NCBI GenBank assembly: GCA_030390025.1
Contig: CM059432.1
Span: 63,180,001-63,244,000, forward strand
DNA from: Squalus acanthias
Lineage: Eukaryota
Length of the DNA stretch: 64,000 nt
Direction: 5' to 3'
Of the stretch, positions 23,261 through 36,980 are shown piece by piece; position 1 is the stretch's first letter; each line of letters begins with the position of its first letter. A program made the position numbers and the translations under genes. The notes below the pieces were generated by a model. That model saw only the letters and a program-made list of their open reading frames with translations. It was not told where the DNA came from and searched no databases.

Positions 23261-26200
23261 CTTTGGCAAAGTTTCCAGGATAATCGTGCTTTGCTTTATT
23301 CTGGCCATTGAGAGAGGTATACACCTGGATCAGCTGCAGCAAGAGGCCATAGAAAGAAGCTGCAGGAAGTGACAGATGAGGCAGAAGAAGCAGAATGAGG
23401 TGGCACTAACTGACAAAACCAGCTTCTTCCAAGAGCCTGTCTCATGCCCTTTGTGACCCTCTTTCCATCAGGCTAAAAAGCTGGATTGCCAGATTGCAGA
23501 TAATAACACCTCAACTGAAGAATCTTTATATTTGTGGGCTTGGTCCCTTGAAGACATTCATACATGCCAACCTGGAAAACTAGCAAAAGCTGACACAGTC
23601 CGAGAATAGCTGACAACACAAAAATACCCCTTTAATAATGGGCCTTACGACATGTGAAAATAAGGAGTTCATTGAAAGTACACGGAGACATGGGCAGGCA
23701 ATAATTTAAGCTGCAGACTTACCCGACATTCAATTTGCTTTTATTGTAGGGAAAAGTCCTGATGTACATGAAAGTGCAGTTTGCAGCAATGGCGAGTTTA
23801 GAAATTACTGAAGAGAGACGTGAGCGCTGAAGGTGTGAGTTTGAAGTTTCTAAAAGATCTGGAGATAGTCCCCAGAAAGGTTTGGTTTTTGACAAGTTAT
23901 TTTGTGCATTTTCTGGTATTTTGAAGCCAACTGTATTTCTGTTTTTAAGCCAAAATTGGTTTCTCCTGAAAGGGTTGCAGATATTTTAAATAGAAATTGG
24001 AAGTAGTTTTAGGGACTTCAATAAATCAAAATAAAAGGATTAGCACCATCTGTTAAAGTAATAAATAGAGCAATGTCAAGCGAATTCATTAAACATTCAC
24101 CAGCTATTACTAACAACAGTAATTTCTGGCCGTTTTTATGATTTGAACCTGTCAAACAGGTTTATTTCCTTCTAATGGTAATAAAAATCATTAGACAGTA
24201 CAATTATTTTTCTGAAAGTGAAGTGCAGAAAAATGTGGTTTCCACATACAGTCATGGAAAGCTGACCTTTCAACTCTCAGATACTCATATTGATTATTAA
24301 TGTCACTCCTCATATTTCCCTATGGATGTTGACCAGTGGTGTGGATTCAATTCCTAGTTACCCCTTGGTGACAAGGGATGACAATTATATGTGCGTAAAC
24401 AAACTGGAAACAGCTAAGTTAGAGAATATTACCTGGCACTGCGACTCACACACGAATAAGTCAAGGTCTGTATCATACATTGCAACAGTGCCTTGTAGTA
24501 CAATCCTATATATGAGAATCTTAGTGTAAGCTGTTTAAATTAAATTAAAATGAACAGCATTCTACCCTTCTCACCAGTGCAATGACAGGAATGTTCAACA
24601 GAGTTAGTTATGCATTAAAACAAGGGAACATTCTCCTTATCTCACAAAGGTGGCCAGTCTTGAAGAAAATAAACCATCACATAAGACAACAGCTGAGGAT
24701 GCCCCAGAAAGTTATGTTGAATAAATTTAAAGGATTTTAGCAGCTTATTTGTTATGTACATTTATTAAAGGGTCAAACACTAAATAAAAACACCTGCAAC
24801 TGTGATTCTCAGATACCATCAGCTCATCTTAAAACTCTTCTGCCTCAAGTCCATGCTTAACCAACAGTGGGCTAAAATATTGGTTCTATCAGCATTCCAT
24901 TCTCCTTCTAATTGACCTAATTGGTTCTGACAAATTCCAATTGTGCCATCCAAATTATCTGATTGGTTATTATTGACAAAATTCAATCCCAGTGTACTCT
25001 TTTGATGCACACTTAAAACAAATAGACTGTAACTAATAAAACTTTAAAGGAACCTTGACAAATTAAATTAAAATTTGGTTGTCAATCCCAGTGTAAAAAG
25101 CTGATCTTCTTGTGATGCACTGACAAGCTGACATATGGACTGAAAAGCTGCCTGTCAACTTAAAACATTGATGGTTAGTATGCATGGACATTGCAATCAG
25201 CCACAATGTTACAGACAAAAATGGCTGTTTTGGCCCATTTAGCTGTTGCAGCTGCACTTGATTTTCCTCTTCCCCAGAGGCAGATGATCTATCAAGATTA
25301 CTAATAGTGCTGGGCTTCTGCCACAAATACGTAATAAGGGTGCACTGAGAAAAATCAGGCTGGTTCTCGGCAGAGTTGCACTGATGGGCAGAAGTGCAGT
25401 TTTGGTGCAATTTTAGCAGATAATTTATCACTGAGCAAGATCTAGTCCATGGATTTTGTTCTGCACTTCAGCAAATAGTTTTACGGAAATAACAATTGTT
25501 GGAACAATGGTAAAGATAGGTTTGGCTCGACCATCTGAAACTGCAATGTTGTTTGTCGCAGCTTGTTCAGATTAATGTCCTTGGGTAATTGAGGCTGAGT
25601 CCTAGAAAAGGCATAAACACTGCAGTCAAATAAATTGCTGCATTTGAAGTTTAACTCACTTTTTCTCCTGTATATAAAAAACTACAGTTGAAGTCATTGT
25701 ATTGCTCCTTAGCGAACAATTTATGAAATCTAGTTTAGGCATGCAAGTAGTAGTGATAAAATAATTTTGAATATATTAATTCCTTCTGTCATGTCAGTTA
25801 TACAAAAACATCACATGTTTTTCAGGCCTCATGACATGATATAATGACTAACTAGTGACTATTCTCTTTGGGGCAAGTTAAGCAGGGTCGTGTTGCTCCA
25901 AAATGAGACAGCTAGTGATTGAAGATTGGAATTGAGTTTACTGAACTTGGCAACCCAGTACTTGGTCTGAAATATTCCAGGGCACTATTGATGATTGACC
26001 AGCTAGCCTGATGCACTAATGGAACTTGAAGGGATAGAGCTGTCACTCAGCTCCAGATAACTGTGCAAGCTAATGCCAATGCTCCTAGATGGACAAGCAG
26101 CAGGAAGCTAACCAGTACTCTGTGCTGGTAAGCTGCATGGTCTTAGCTGGTTAAAATCCTATAGTGCCCCTGTGTACATTTACATGACTGTTGAAAACCT

Positions 26201-26329
26201 GTGCCTAAGCTTTCTGGACTTAAATAAGTCTTGTGTGTCTATATTGCCAAGGTTTTCAAACTGAGGTTACTGGACACTAAGGGATCTCTGAATCCCTTTT
26301 AGCCAATATTGTAAAGTGATCCCTCTCCT

Positions 26330-27760
26330 CCGACCCTAACTTTCAAAATTGCCATTCATCCCCACTCCTCAAATAATCTATCATCGACCCCTCTGTCCTT
26401 GTAAAGAACTGTCCTAATCTCCAATCTTACTTTCCTCTCCGAAGTTCTTGACTGTTGTCATCTCAGATCGGTGCTCACATCTCCCACAGATCCCTGTTTG
26501 AATCCATCCAATCAGGTTTCTGCCCCTCCCACTGCACTGAAATGGCCCTAACCAAAGTCACAAATGATATTCTCTGTGATTGTGGTGCAATATCTCTCTC
26601 CAACCTCACGGCAGCCCTCGACATGGCTGACCACATTATCTTCCTCCAACACCTCTCCTCTGTTGTCCAACTCAATGGGACTCCACTCGCTTGGTTGGAC
26701 TTTTATCTATCCAATTATCGTCAGAGATTTTCTAGCAATGGCTTCTCCTCCATCTTCCACTTCCACCATCACCTCCAGAGAACCCAAGGATCTATCCTTG
26801 GCCCCATCCTCTTCCTCATCTATATGTTGCACCTTGGCAACATCATCCGAAGACATGGGATCAGTTACCACATGTACACTGGTGATAGCCAGCTCTATCT
26901 CCCCAACAGCTCTCAACCCTCTAATGCCTCTGTGCTGTCAGCCTGCTTCTCCAACATCCAGTCTTGATTGAGCCATAATTTCCTTCGGTTAAATATTGGG
27001 AAAACCAGAGGCATCTTCAAAAGATCCGTAGCCATGCCATTGACGCCATTCCCTTTCCTGGCCATTGTCTCAAGCTGAACCAGACACTGAGTGGTTTCCA
27101 ACCCCATCTCCTCTCCATCACAAAGATGGTCTATTTCCACCTGTAACATCACCCACCTCCACATCAGCCATCTTCGCTGAAACCCCTATTCATGCCTTTG
27201 TCACCTCCAGACGCGACTATTCCAATGCTCTCCTGGCCAGTCTCACAGCCTCCAGCCTCTGTGAACTTCAGTTCTTTCTGCTGCCCGTATCCTATCTCAC
27301 ATCAAGTCTCACTCACCCATCTGCCCTATCCTTGCTGACCTACAATGGTTTCCAGTCTCCCAATGCCTCAAATTTAAAACCCTTATCCATGTGTCTTTAT
27401 CTGTAACCTTCTCCAGCCCTACAACTCCACCCGCACCCCCCCCACCCCGGTCCCTCCACCCCCCCCGGTCCCTCCGCCCCCTCACCACTGCTCTCCAATC
27501 CTCTGACTCTGGCCTCTTGTACATTCCCCCCTCCTTTGGCCTCAGTATTAGTGCTGTGCCTTCAGCCGCCTTGACCTTATGCTTTGAAATTCTATCCTCA
27601 AATTCTTCCACTTCTCCACTTCCCTCTCCTTTACGATGCTCCTTGAAACCCACCTATTCCTCTTAATCTCTCCTTTGGTTCAGCATGTTTTGTTTATGTC
27701 TCTATAAAATGCCTTGGCCTGTTTTTCTACATTAAAGGTGTTATATAAATGCAAGGTTTT
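26330..27760 (+). mobile_element. L2 LINE RT and 3' fragment
   Basis: ESIQSGF..HCTEMALTKVTNDIL..LTAALDMADH..QGSILGPILFLIYM..HMYTGDSQLY; HAFVTSRRDYSNALL; L2-type tail. Confidence 0.88.
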
Positions 27761-29329
27761 TATTGTATTGTATTGTATGCTGTTTTCGGAGTCTATGACG
27801 GTGTCTTGGGCTGCGTTTCGAGTGGGTAATCCTTATTTCTGAGGATTAAACATCCAACTTGTCTGGAATAAGTGGGGAATCCATCATGTGCCTCTTAAAA
27901 GATGGACATTTGTCCCAAACTATGCATTCACAAGCATAATCAGTTAGCAATGGATGCAGACCATTCAAGGAGTGATATCCTATTCTGAACACCATGGAAC
28001 GTTCCACAGCCTGAATGACACCCTATACCATGGGAATGCCACATCTTTAGAAAAATATGTCCACTGCTGCATGCTGTTGCTGAAACATACGTGGCCTGGG
28101 TAATGCAGATTACTTGCTAAGCAAGAATACTAGGAAAAGCTGACCAACAGCCCCCCCAAAAAGCTGACAAATCAAGAATGGCCCTGATTATAAGCCTATG
28201 ACATATGAACACAAATAGTTATACAGGCTTGTAACTTCAGCTGTAGATATACCCAACATTCCTTCACTCATATGGGAGGGTAAAAAAAACATAAGTACAT
28301 AAATGTTGAAGAAACAAAATTAATTTTCTAGTGGGGGGTGGGGCATAGACCCGAAGAGAATGTTGATTTTGACTCCTGTAATGCTTAGGTGATGAGAGAA
28401 TACGGACATCGAACAGGAGACCACCAGGAATAGGACGACCTCTATTGGACCACCAAGGTCTCATTCCTTTGATGTGACCCTGGAAGTGTACACAGAATCT
28501 TGATTTACAGGAGTATGATATGGATATCAAGGATTAAAATGTTCCAAAAAGTACAATTTATATACTTGGAACTTCAAAATGCTGACTGCACTCTCGACAT
28601 TCTTCTCTGTATGACTGTGATTCTAAATTTCCAGCACCAGTGTAGTCATGATATACCTGGGGTGTAGTGGCTGTTACAAAAAGCCCTTAGCAAAATCAGT
28701 TAGTGATGGCACAAACATATTTTGCACCATTTCTGCCCTGGTGAAACTTTTGTCCATGTCTAAAACACATATTGAAAATAAGTATTTAATTTAAATTCAA
28801 AATACAGAAGGACCTGGCCAACAAAAATAAACTGACCAAATCCAATAGGTTGGCCAAAAATTCAGTAGCTTCTGTATTTTATTAGTTTTTTTATTGTTTT
28901 TTTTTTACAGCTTTTTTAGAAAATGTATTTGGACTTTTTTCTCAAATAGCTTGAGTTTAAACAGTTATTCAGAAAAAATATTTATTTTACAAAGTTTAGA
29001 AGTTTACAGTAGTTTTGTGACTAGAGAAAAACTCAGAAAGTTTCTGTTGAAGTGGTGATGACACCTGCTTTGATCGTACCGTGCCCTGTTTGATGAGTGA
29101 CATCTGCAAGTGTAGCTTTTTAATGTATCACAGTGCTATGTCACGGACAACAGCCTCCATCATCCTGGGACATCTGTTACTTGGGGTCTTCTACACTTTA
29201 GCATTATCCTGGGCTGCAGTCATGATATTGCCATCTAAAAGCAGGCTAGAGAAAAGCCACTTACTGACACCACCATTTTCACCTTGTCACATCTTGTCAG
29301 TAATTTGAATAGCTGTATGGAGGTGACTG

Positions 29330-30530
29330 TGGGGGCTCCATGCTGTTTTATCCAATTCTATTCTCTATCAGCTTGTGATTTCAAATAAAACTGTTGGACT
29401 ATAACCTGGTGTTGTGCGACTTCTCATTTTTATTCTCTATCAGGGAAGAGCTTGCTGGCTCAAATTTACTGGCAGTGATTTTAACAGTTGCTTCCAACAC
29501 TTGCTTAGAGTGCCTCAGGAATGTAATGTCCCTAGTAAATTATGTCCTTCACATCAGTGGCCTTAAGTTTCCCCATCAGATATCCTTTCTCTTCTACCAC
29601 CATAAAGTGTGATAACAACAGCTGGTGTTTGTAGGTCCTTTGAGGTTTTCCAGTGTATCCTGATCTATTGGCTGCTTTGGGGCTGTCATCGTGGGAGGAG
29701 AAGAAGGTTCTTCTGATGTCTTCACTGTGAAGGGACTTATTTGAAGGATGCATTGGAGCATTGTCCACAATAAGGATGGCCTGATGGGAAGTTTGTGCTG
29801 CTGTAAATGAAGCTTCATGCATGGTAAGAACAGAGAATGCAACCACTCTGTGAACAACTTAATGTTCTTCCAAATGTTAGGCTGGGCCTTGGAAGTTCAG
29901 GTTAAGAATTTTAAAAGCTGGGAATTAATAGGTTTGCCAGTCACCATTAATAGGGAGCTTATGCATCTTCATGGTGTTGCTGCATGCGGAGATTGTGAGG
30001 CACTCCTTGCTGTGCTTGCTCCTTAGTGCAGCTGACTGAGCAAGATCAGCATGTATCTTGTTTGGCAGCTGTTTGTTGGAAACGCCTATTTCATCTGAGT
30101 TGTAGACTTGTTCTACAACAAAAGCTGGCAGCTTTTCTTCAGTTATTTTCTTGAATATTTTTCGTGAAGGAGGCTATTATGTCCGAGTCAGATGACAAGC
30201 TCTCCGCACTGAGACAGCTACCTTACACTGCAGTGTTTTTTCCATCTATATAATTAGCTTAAGCTGCCAGTAAATTCAGGACTTCTATTTGATACGTTGT
30301 TGAGCTGTAGGATGGGACCATTAAGGGGTAAATACCTCTTTCCCACAGCTGTTAAATCACATGAACAGTGCTTTATTCAGCTATGAGTGAGCAACCACAG
30401 CTTTCTTGTGGTGATCATATCCTTTGAAATGATCTCTTCCACTCTTTTCTCTTCACCTTCCTGCTCAAGTTTCTTTCTCTTCCTTCCTTCAAATAGAATC
30501 TCTCTCTCGGCAACTTAATTGGGCCCCAAA
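29330..30530 (-). mobile_element. Tigger/pogo (CENP-B-like DDE) transposase relic
   Basis: FTEWLHSLFLP..; AILIVDNAPMHP; PKQPIDQDTLENLK correspond to the DNAPxHP and QPMDQG motifs; frameshifted; contains a short PLE tail scrap at 29371-29427. Confidence 0.75.
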
Positions 30531-30584
30531 GAAGATTTCACCTTCTGTCCCCTCTCTCTCTCTCCTCTCAAGAAGAGAGAAGAT

Positions 30585-30970
30585 TATCAGAAAATTTAAT
30601 AGAGTTTTTAAAATTATGAAGAGTTTTGATAAAGTGAATAGAGAAAGGTATTTCTCTTTGCTTGGTGAGTCAGTGATGTGGGGTCATCAATTTAAAATTA
30701 TTACTAAGAGAATGAGGAGAAAGGTTAGGACAAATATCTTTACACAACACGTTCTTGGACCATTCAGTATTGGGGGCAAGGCTCCTGGCTGTGACCTCCT
30801 CGGGAGTATTGGAGGTAGATATCATTGCACCTTTTAAGGGAAAATTGGATAAATATTCAAAACCGATATAGGGTTATGGGGAGAAAGTGGGGCAGTGGGA
30901 TTAATTTTCAGTTGCTCGAAGAAAGCCGGCACAGACACGATGGACTGAATGGGCTCCTTCTGTGCTGTAA
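30585..30970 (+). mobile_element. Old CR1 3' fragment
   Basis: KIMKSFDKVNRERYF...GHQFKI...RTNIFTQ; CR1 3'UTR gatggactgaatgggctccttctgtgctgtaa. Confidence 0.7.
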
Positions 30971-31262
30971 ATATTTATTGTTCAAGGGGGTCCCTCTCAT
31001 CTCATTTCACATTCAAAGGGTGGCTGCCCTCTTCTTTCTCCCATAAAGCTTTAATATCTCTGCTTTCTCTCTTCTGTCAACCCACTCCCTGGGCTACAGC
31101 AATACTGAACTAAATAAATAAATACTGTTGTTAGCAGCTTGTTAATTGGAGAAAGACTTTTGTGCACAATTATATTGGGCTACCTTTGGTTATATGAAAA
31201 AAGAACATTCCTCTGTGGATGGATTGGAGTTCCAGCCATGTGGTAGTTCCTGGTAATTGCAT

Positions 31263-33470
31263 GGGGGCTAAATTGGGCCACGTTACACCCGTTTTTAGGT
31301 GCTAAGTGGCTACATAAGGATTAAAATGGGGCCTGAGATGCGCGTGCATACTTCTGACGGGAAGTGCGCAGGGCACCATCTTGGTAAAGAGATTTGAACG
31401 TGCATGCCTAATGACTGCCGGCAACATGTAAAACAGGGAGTTGATGACGCAAATCAGTGTTTTGATTTCACTGATTTGATACCAGCGCTGCCATTTTCAA
31501 ACACCCCACTCCAGCCAACACCCTGTCTTAGCCTCACACAGCTGAACACGACGTTAAATGGAATGAACAACATCAACAATAACTTGCATTTATATAGCGT
31601 CTTTATCGTAGTAAAATGTCTCAAGGTGCTTCACAGGAACGATTATCAAACAAAATTTGACACTGAGCCACATAAGGAGATATTAGGACAGGTGACCAAA
31701 AGCTTGGTAAAAGAGGTAGGTTTTAAGGAGTGTCTTAAAAGAGGAGAGCGAGGTAGAGAAGTGGAGTGGTTTAGGAAGGGAATTCCAGAGCTTAGGGTCT
31801 TGGCAGCTGACGGTATGGCTGCGAATGGTGGAACGATTAAAATCGGGAATGCACAAGAGGCCAGAATTGGAGGAGCGCAGATATCTTGGAGCATTGTCGG
31901 GCTGAAGGAAGTTACAGAGATAGTGAGGGGCGAGGCCATGAGGAGATTTGAAAACAAGGATGAGAATTTAAAAATCGAGGCGTTGCTGATCCAGGAGCCA
32001 ATATAGGTCAGCGAGCACAGAGCTGAGGGGCAGAGTCAGGCGATGTTACGGAAGTCGAAGTAGGCAGTCTTAATGATGGAGTGGATCTAGGGTCGAATAC
32101 AACACCAAGGTTGTGAACAGCCTGGTTCAGCCTCAGACAGTTGCCAGAAGTGGGATGGAGTCGGTGGCTAGGGAACAGAGTTTGTGGCTGGGACCAAAGA
32201 CAATGGCTTCAGTCTTCTCAATACTTAGTTGGAGGAAATTTCTGCTCATCCAGTACTGGATGTTGGACAAGTAGCGTGACAAATCAGAGACAATGGAAGG
32301 GTTGAGAGAGGTGATGATGAGGTAGAGCTGGGTACATGAGGAACCTGATTTGTTTTCAGATGATGTAGGCGAGGGGCAGCATATGATGAGAAATAGGAGG
32401 GGGCCAAGAATAGATCCTTGGGAGACTCCTGAGGTAATGGTACGGGAGTGGGAAAAGAAGATAGTGCAGGTGATTCTCTAGCTATGACTGGATAGATAAG
32501 AATGGAACCAGGCAAGTGTGGTCCCACCCAGCCGGACGACGGAGGAGAGGCATTGGAGGGGGATGATGTAGTCAACTGTGTCAAAGGCTGCAGATATGTC
32601 GCGAATGACCCCCCAACAGCTCTATTTAAAGGGATCATGAACTACTTATCGGTTAGTTGCTGGATTATTTCTTCTAGCTGCTGGTGCAATTGTACGCATT
32701 TTTGGAACTTTCCTATACTTGGTTAAAGTTCCAATAGTGTACAGCAAGTGGTCTGGCTGCTGTTGAAGTAGGTTTTTTGTCATTTAAAATCTTGTGCTGA
32801 AACAAGTTGCTTCCAGACATAGGTAACTTGGTAGGGTTTCCTCTGGCAATTGAACATGAATGGGAGAAGGAATAGAGGCCACACAGAGCAGGACAAGCTG
32901 CTAGAAGAGGGAGGAGGAGGAGGGCACTCAGCAGGAGGCCATATCTGGTTTGAGTCTTCAGGAAGCAATTCTCTTACCTCAACTTCAGCGAGACGACTTT
33001 GCGTCACAAAATGGAAGAAACCGCGCATTCGCGAAATTTGAATGGGCCGCACAGCCAATTAAAGGAACCGTGCACGAAAATAATAAGAAGGAATATTGCC
33101 ACTACCTCTTCCCACTGCCTCTTGAGCATATGTTTGGAGAACCTCCTGCCCCCATGTGGATATAGGATGTCTTTCCTTCTCTCCACTTCTTACACCAAGA
33201 CCTCCAGTGCCTTGTCAGAAAACCTTGGTGCACGCTCTCTCGCATGTTCAGCCATTCTTCAACATATCACAGCAGACTGCCTTTACATAGCACTAGCCAC
33301 TTATGATATCAGGCCCTCTGCTCATGTGTGTAGCCAATGAACAGCACGGTGAGCACTGGCTGCACGCAGCAATCATTTAAAAGAGCAGGCAGCACCAATT
33401 TAACATGCTGCCTGCAATGTGTACAGCGATCCCACCCCCGTTTTCGCGGGTTATCCAATTTAACCTTGGC
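31263..33470. mobile_element. Harbinger-derived element interrupted by an L2
   Basis: GGGGGCTAAATTGG start, CCAATTTAACC end; internal blocks resemble other Harbinger derivatives here. Confidence 0.45.
31567..32600 (-). mobile_element. L2 LINE 3' fragment
   Basis: (AAC)n-like tail then ttgcatttatatagc; highly similar to 45437-46490; RT motifs on the minus strand. Confidence 0.88.
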
Positions 33471-33921
33471 AGTCTCTTATCTCAGAGACAGACAGAATTG
33501 TAGTCTTTCACATTGGAGTTAGACTCCTGTGTTTGCATATTTTGTTTGTTGACATTGGGGTCCTTATATCCGGCCTCTGAATGTGAGGAACAGCTGGCCG
33601 GTAAGGATTATGAAGTCTGTGACAGGAGGGTGTAGTTGGAGCTCAAGATGTTCAGAGGCCTGGTAGGGCACATCAGGCTGTTTATGGAAGTGTGAGGGTA
33701 GCTGTTGGAGCCACATTTTGAGGGAAACCTGTTCTATGTTATGTAATAAAGTTTATTTTTAAGGGTATATACTGGGTGATGAACTGTAACTGAAGAGAAC
33801 CTTGGGGAAGGTTTTTTTTTGAATGGCCTCTCATGGGGGGCAAATTTAATTGGGGAGAAAAGTTTTGACCAATATTATTGTTGGATAAGGAAGGAAGAAA
33901 ATACACAGACTTAAAGTAATA

Positions 33922-36900
33922 GGGGGCTATTTTGGGGCTAGCATGAAAACAGGTGCTAAGTGGATCCTGTGCTAATAAGACAGGCCTGTTTGAAAGTATG
34001 GATTTAGCCTGCAATGTAGGGGCTAATTGGTGATTACCATGATTTAAACATGCCTGGAGGCACTAAACTGGAGACCTCCATGTTTAGCACTCAAGCGCTG
34101 ATTAGGAGCAATTTTCGTGTAGCAGTATTTATAGCCTCCACGCACACACTTCCACTGAAGGTATGGAGTGCGCTGGCTGACAGACAACGGCACATATCAG
34201 GATGGCTCAGGGCTCAAAGGTTCTCGGATGCGGCACTGGTGGTCCTGTTGGAGGAGGTACAGAGGAGGGCTGTCCTGTACCCGCAGGGGGTAACGAGGCC
34301 ACAGAGGCAAATAATGCGGCGGATGTGGCAGGTGATCACTGAGGAGGTCACAGCCAGGAATCCTGGCCCCAGGACACGGCTCCTGTGCCGCAAGAAATTT
34401 AACAATTTGACATGAATGGTCAAGCTGAGATCCCATCTCACAAACACACTTCTCAATAACTGCACCACCACCAGCATAACAACCTCAACACACTGCATCC
34501 ACCATCTAATTGTACACTAACATTCACGCAGCCCACACTATTCAAGCTTCACAGGCACTCCTCACACCTCAGACATATCTCACAGCTCTTCAACCATATG
34601 AGGCATTATACACACACAAATACACCTGCCAATACACTCATTCACAAACACCACTCTTTCTCTTCCAGGACAAGGACATAACGTAACAGGAGCCAGCAGG
34701 ACCTGACCGGGGGAGGGGAAGCACGACTCCATGAGATCACTCCCCTTGAGGAGGCAGTGCTGGTGGTAATCGGGAGGGGGGATGCCAGATGTCGTGGTCA
34801 CAGGCAGTGCAGGGGACATCTTGCCTAGAGGTATGTGGCCACTCCAGCTTCCTTACATATCCACAACTATTCCTAATCCCTAATCCTCAAACCTATCCTC
34901 ACTCACAAGCTCCATATGGTCTCATCACACACATCCTCCTATAGCGGCCAAACGCACTGCACCCTAACCCTTCCAGCATTCTCATTGCAGGCTCCCAGGA
35001 GCAAGATACACCTCGCCCCTTGGAGGAACTAGAAGAGGAGCAAGCGCCACCTCGCGGCCCCCCCACCTCCCCGGAGGTAGAGGAGGAGGAGAGCGAGGAA
35101 GATGGCACTGCATCAATTGCTACCACTGTCGCAGGCACCAGCTCAGAGACTGGCACCACACATAACTTAGAGGCTAGAGCAGAACACGGATCTTCACAGT
35201 GGCATGCACCGAGCACTAGTGGGCAGCAGCCACGCCGAGTGGAAGGGACACCACAGATGCCACCTTGCCGGGGAGCAAGGTCACATACTAGTTCTGCTAT
35301 AGAGGAGTCAGATGAGGACCTTGCAGGGCCAATCTTCAGAAGATGGCTGATCAGTCTGACAAACCAAATGCTTGGTGCAATGGACAGCCTGTCTGAAAGC
35401 CTAGGGGTCATGGCTAGAGGAGTCCACCTCCACCTTGGTCCATGGCTTGACACAGAGCCTGGAACCCATCCTCTCCAGTGTGGAGAGGCTGGCCAATTCC
35501 ATCCAGCAACCTGTGGAGCTCAACATCATGCAGCGTCTGATGACTGAGGTCGCAGCTTCCACTGCAGTCATTGCAGCTTCCATGGAATGATGAAGTGCTG
35601 TAAAGGAAGCCCAAACAGCTTCCACTGCACTACTAGCATCGTTCATGGAATGGCAAAGTGCTGCAATGGAAGCTCAGGCTGCTGCCATGGTGGCTCTGGG
35701 GTCCTCGGTTGGAAGGGGCTTGCAGAGTGTCTCCGATGCCCACAGATCTGTCCTCCACCAGATCAGTGGGCTGGCTGAACAGAGGCCCCGAGGTAGTGGC
35801 GTGGGAATCTTTGAGCAGGAACCTACTGGCCTCTCTCTGGATGGCAGCATTCCTGCTCCCTCGTCCGGCACTTCACCATTGCCCTTACAGTTGCCTGTCA
35901 GCCAGGCAGCCCAGACTGCTCAAGCCCATGCTCAGATGGTGCAGTCTGAGGTGGGGTCAATCTTGGCTCACAGCATCTCAAGGGCATCCCATGGCAGCAG
36001 CCTGAGCTTCCATTGCAGCACTTTGCCATTCCATGAACGATGCTAGTAGTGCAGTGGAAGCTGTTTGGGCTTCCTTTACAGCACTTCATCATTCCATGGA
36101 AGCTGCAATGACTGCAGTGGAAGCTGCGACCTCAGTCATCAGACGCTGCATGATGTTGAGCTCCACAGGTTGCTGGATGGAATTGGCCAGCCTCTCCACA
36201 CTGGAGAGGATGGGTTCCAGGCTCTGTGTCAAGCCATGGACCAAGGTGGAGGTGGACTCCTCTAGCCATGACCCCTAGGCTTTCAGACAGGCTGTCCATT
36301 GCACCAAGCATTTGGTTTGTCAGACTGATCAGCCATCTTCTGAAGCTTGGCCCTGCGAGGTCCTCATCTGACTCCTCTATAGCAGAACTAGTATGTGACC
36401 TTGCTCCCCGGCAAGGTGGCATCTGAACTGCCCTCTTCCAGGTACAGTCCATCTAGCTGGAACCCTCTAGTGCTCCCCCTGCTCCCCCTCATCTTCCTCC
36501 TCCTCCTCCTCTTCCTTCTCCTCTTCCTCCTCCTCCTCTTATGGCTCCTGAGCTTGACCCTCTGGCACAATTACTGGTGGTAACGGCTGGTCTTTCATGA
36601 TCGCCAGATTGTTGAGCATGTAGCAAATCACCACGAATCTGGAGCCCTCCTTGCCCTCCTGTTCCTCCTCTCCCTCTCCCCTCATCTCCTCCTCCCATTC
36701 CTCCTCCAGACCAATGGGGACCCCTAGCAAGATCCCCATGACCAACCATTCTCTTTCTCCTCATGACTCCTATAAGGTCTCCAATAAGGTACAGTAGCAC
36801 AGCACTCATAGCTGTTCCTCCTTCTGTCATTTCTGTCTCTCTATGTGTTCCCCAATTTTCAGCGTTTCTGGCCCTTTAAAGAGTTGCAGCCTGTTACACA

Positions 36901-36980
36901 CTGCAGCAACACTGCATTTCACTCCTTTCCAATGACGATAAACCAGTCAAGAGCGGGAAGACTGCTGAAAATCCACCCTG
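33922..36980 (+). mobile_element. Internally rearranged Harbinger: spliced Myb-like gene (+) convergent with a deleted transposase (-), plus an inverted duplication
   Basis: RAQRFSDAALVVLLEEVQRRAVLYP..MWQVITEEV..CRKKFNNLT; exons 34669-34830 and 34991 onward; minus strand SRFVVICYMLNNLAIMKDQPLP plus acidic tail (HARBI1 C-terminus) at 36430-36640. Confidence 0.75.
35254..36425. repeat. Near-perfect inverted repeat, arms ~35254-35690 and ~35989-36425
   Basis: Identical peptides in opposite orientation in the ORF track (35401-35646 minus vs 36033-36278 plus). Confidence 0.95.
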
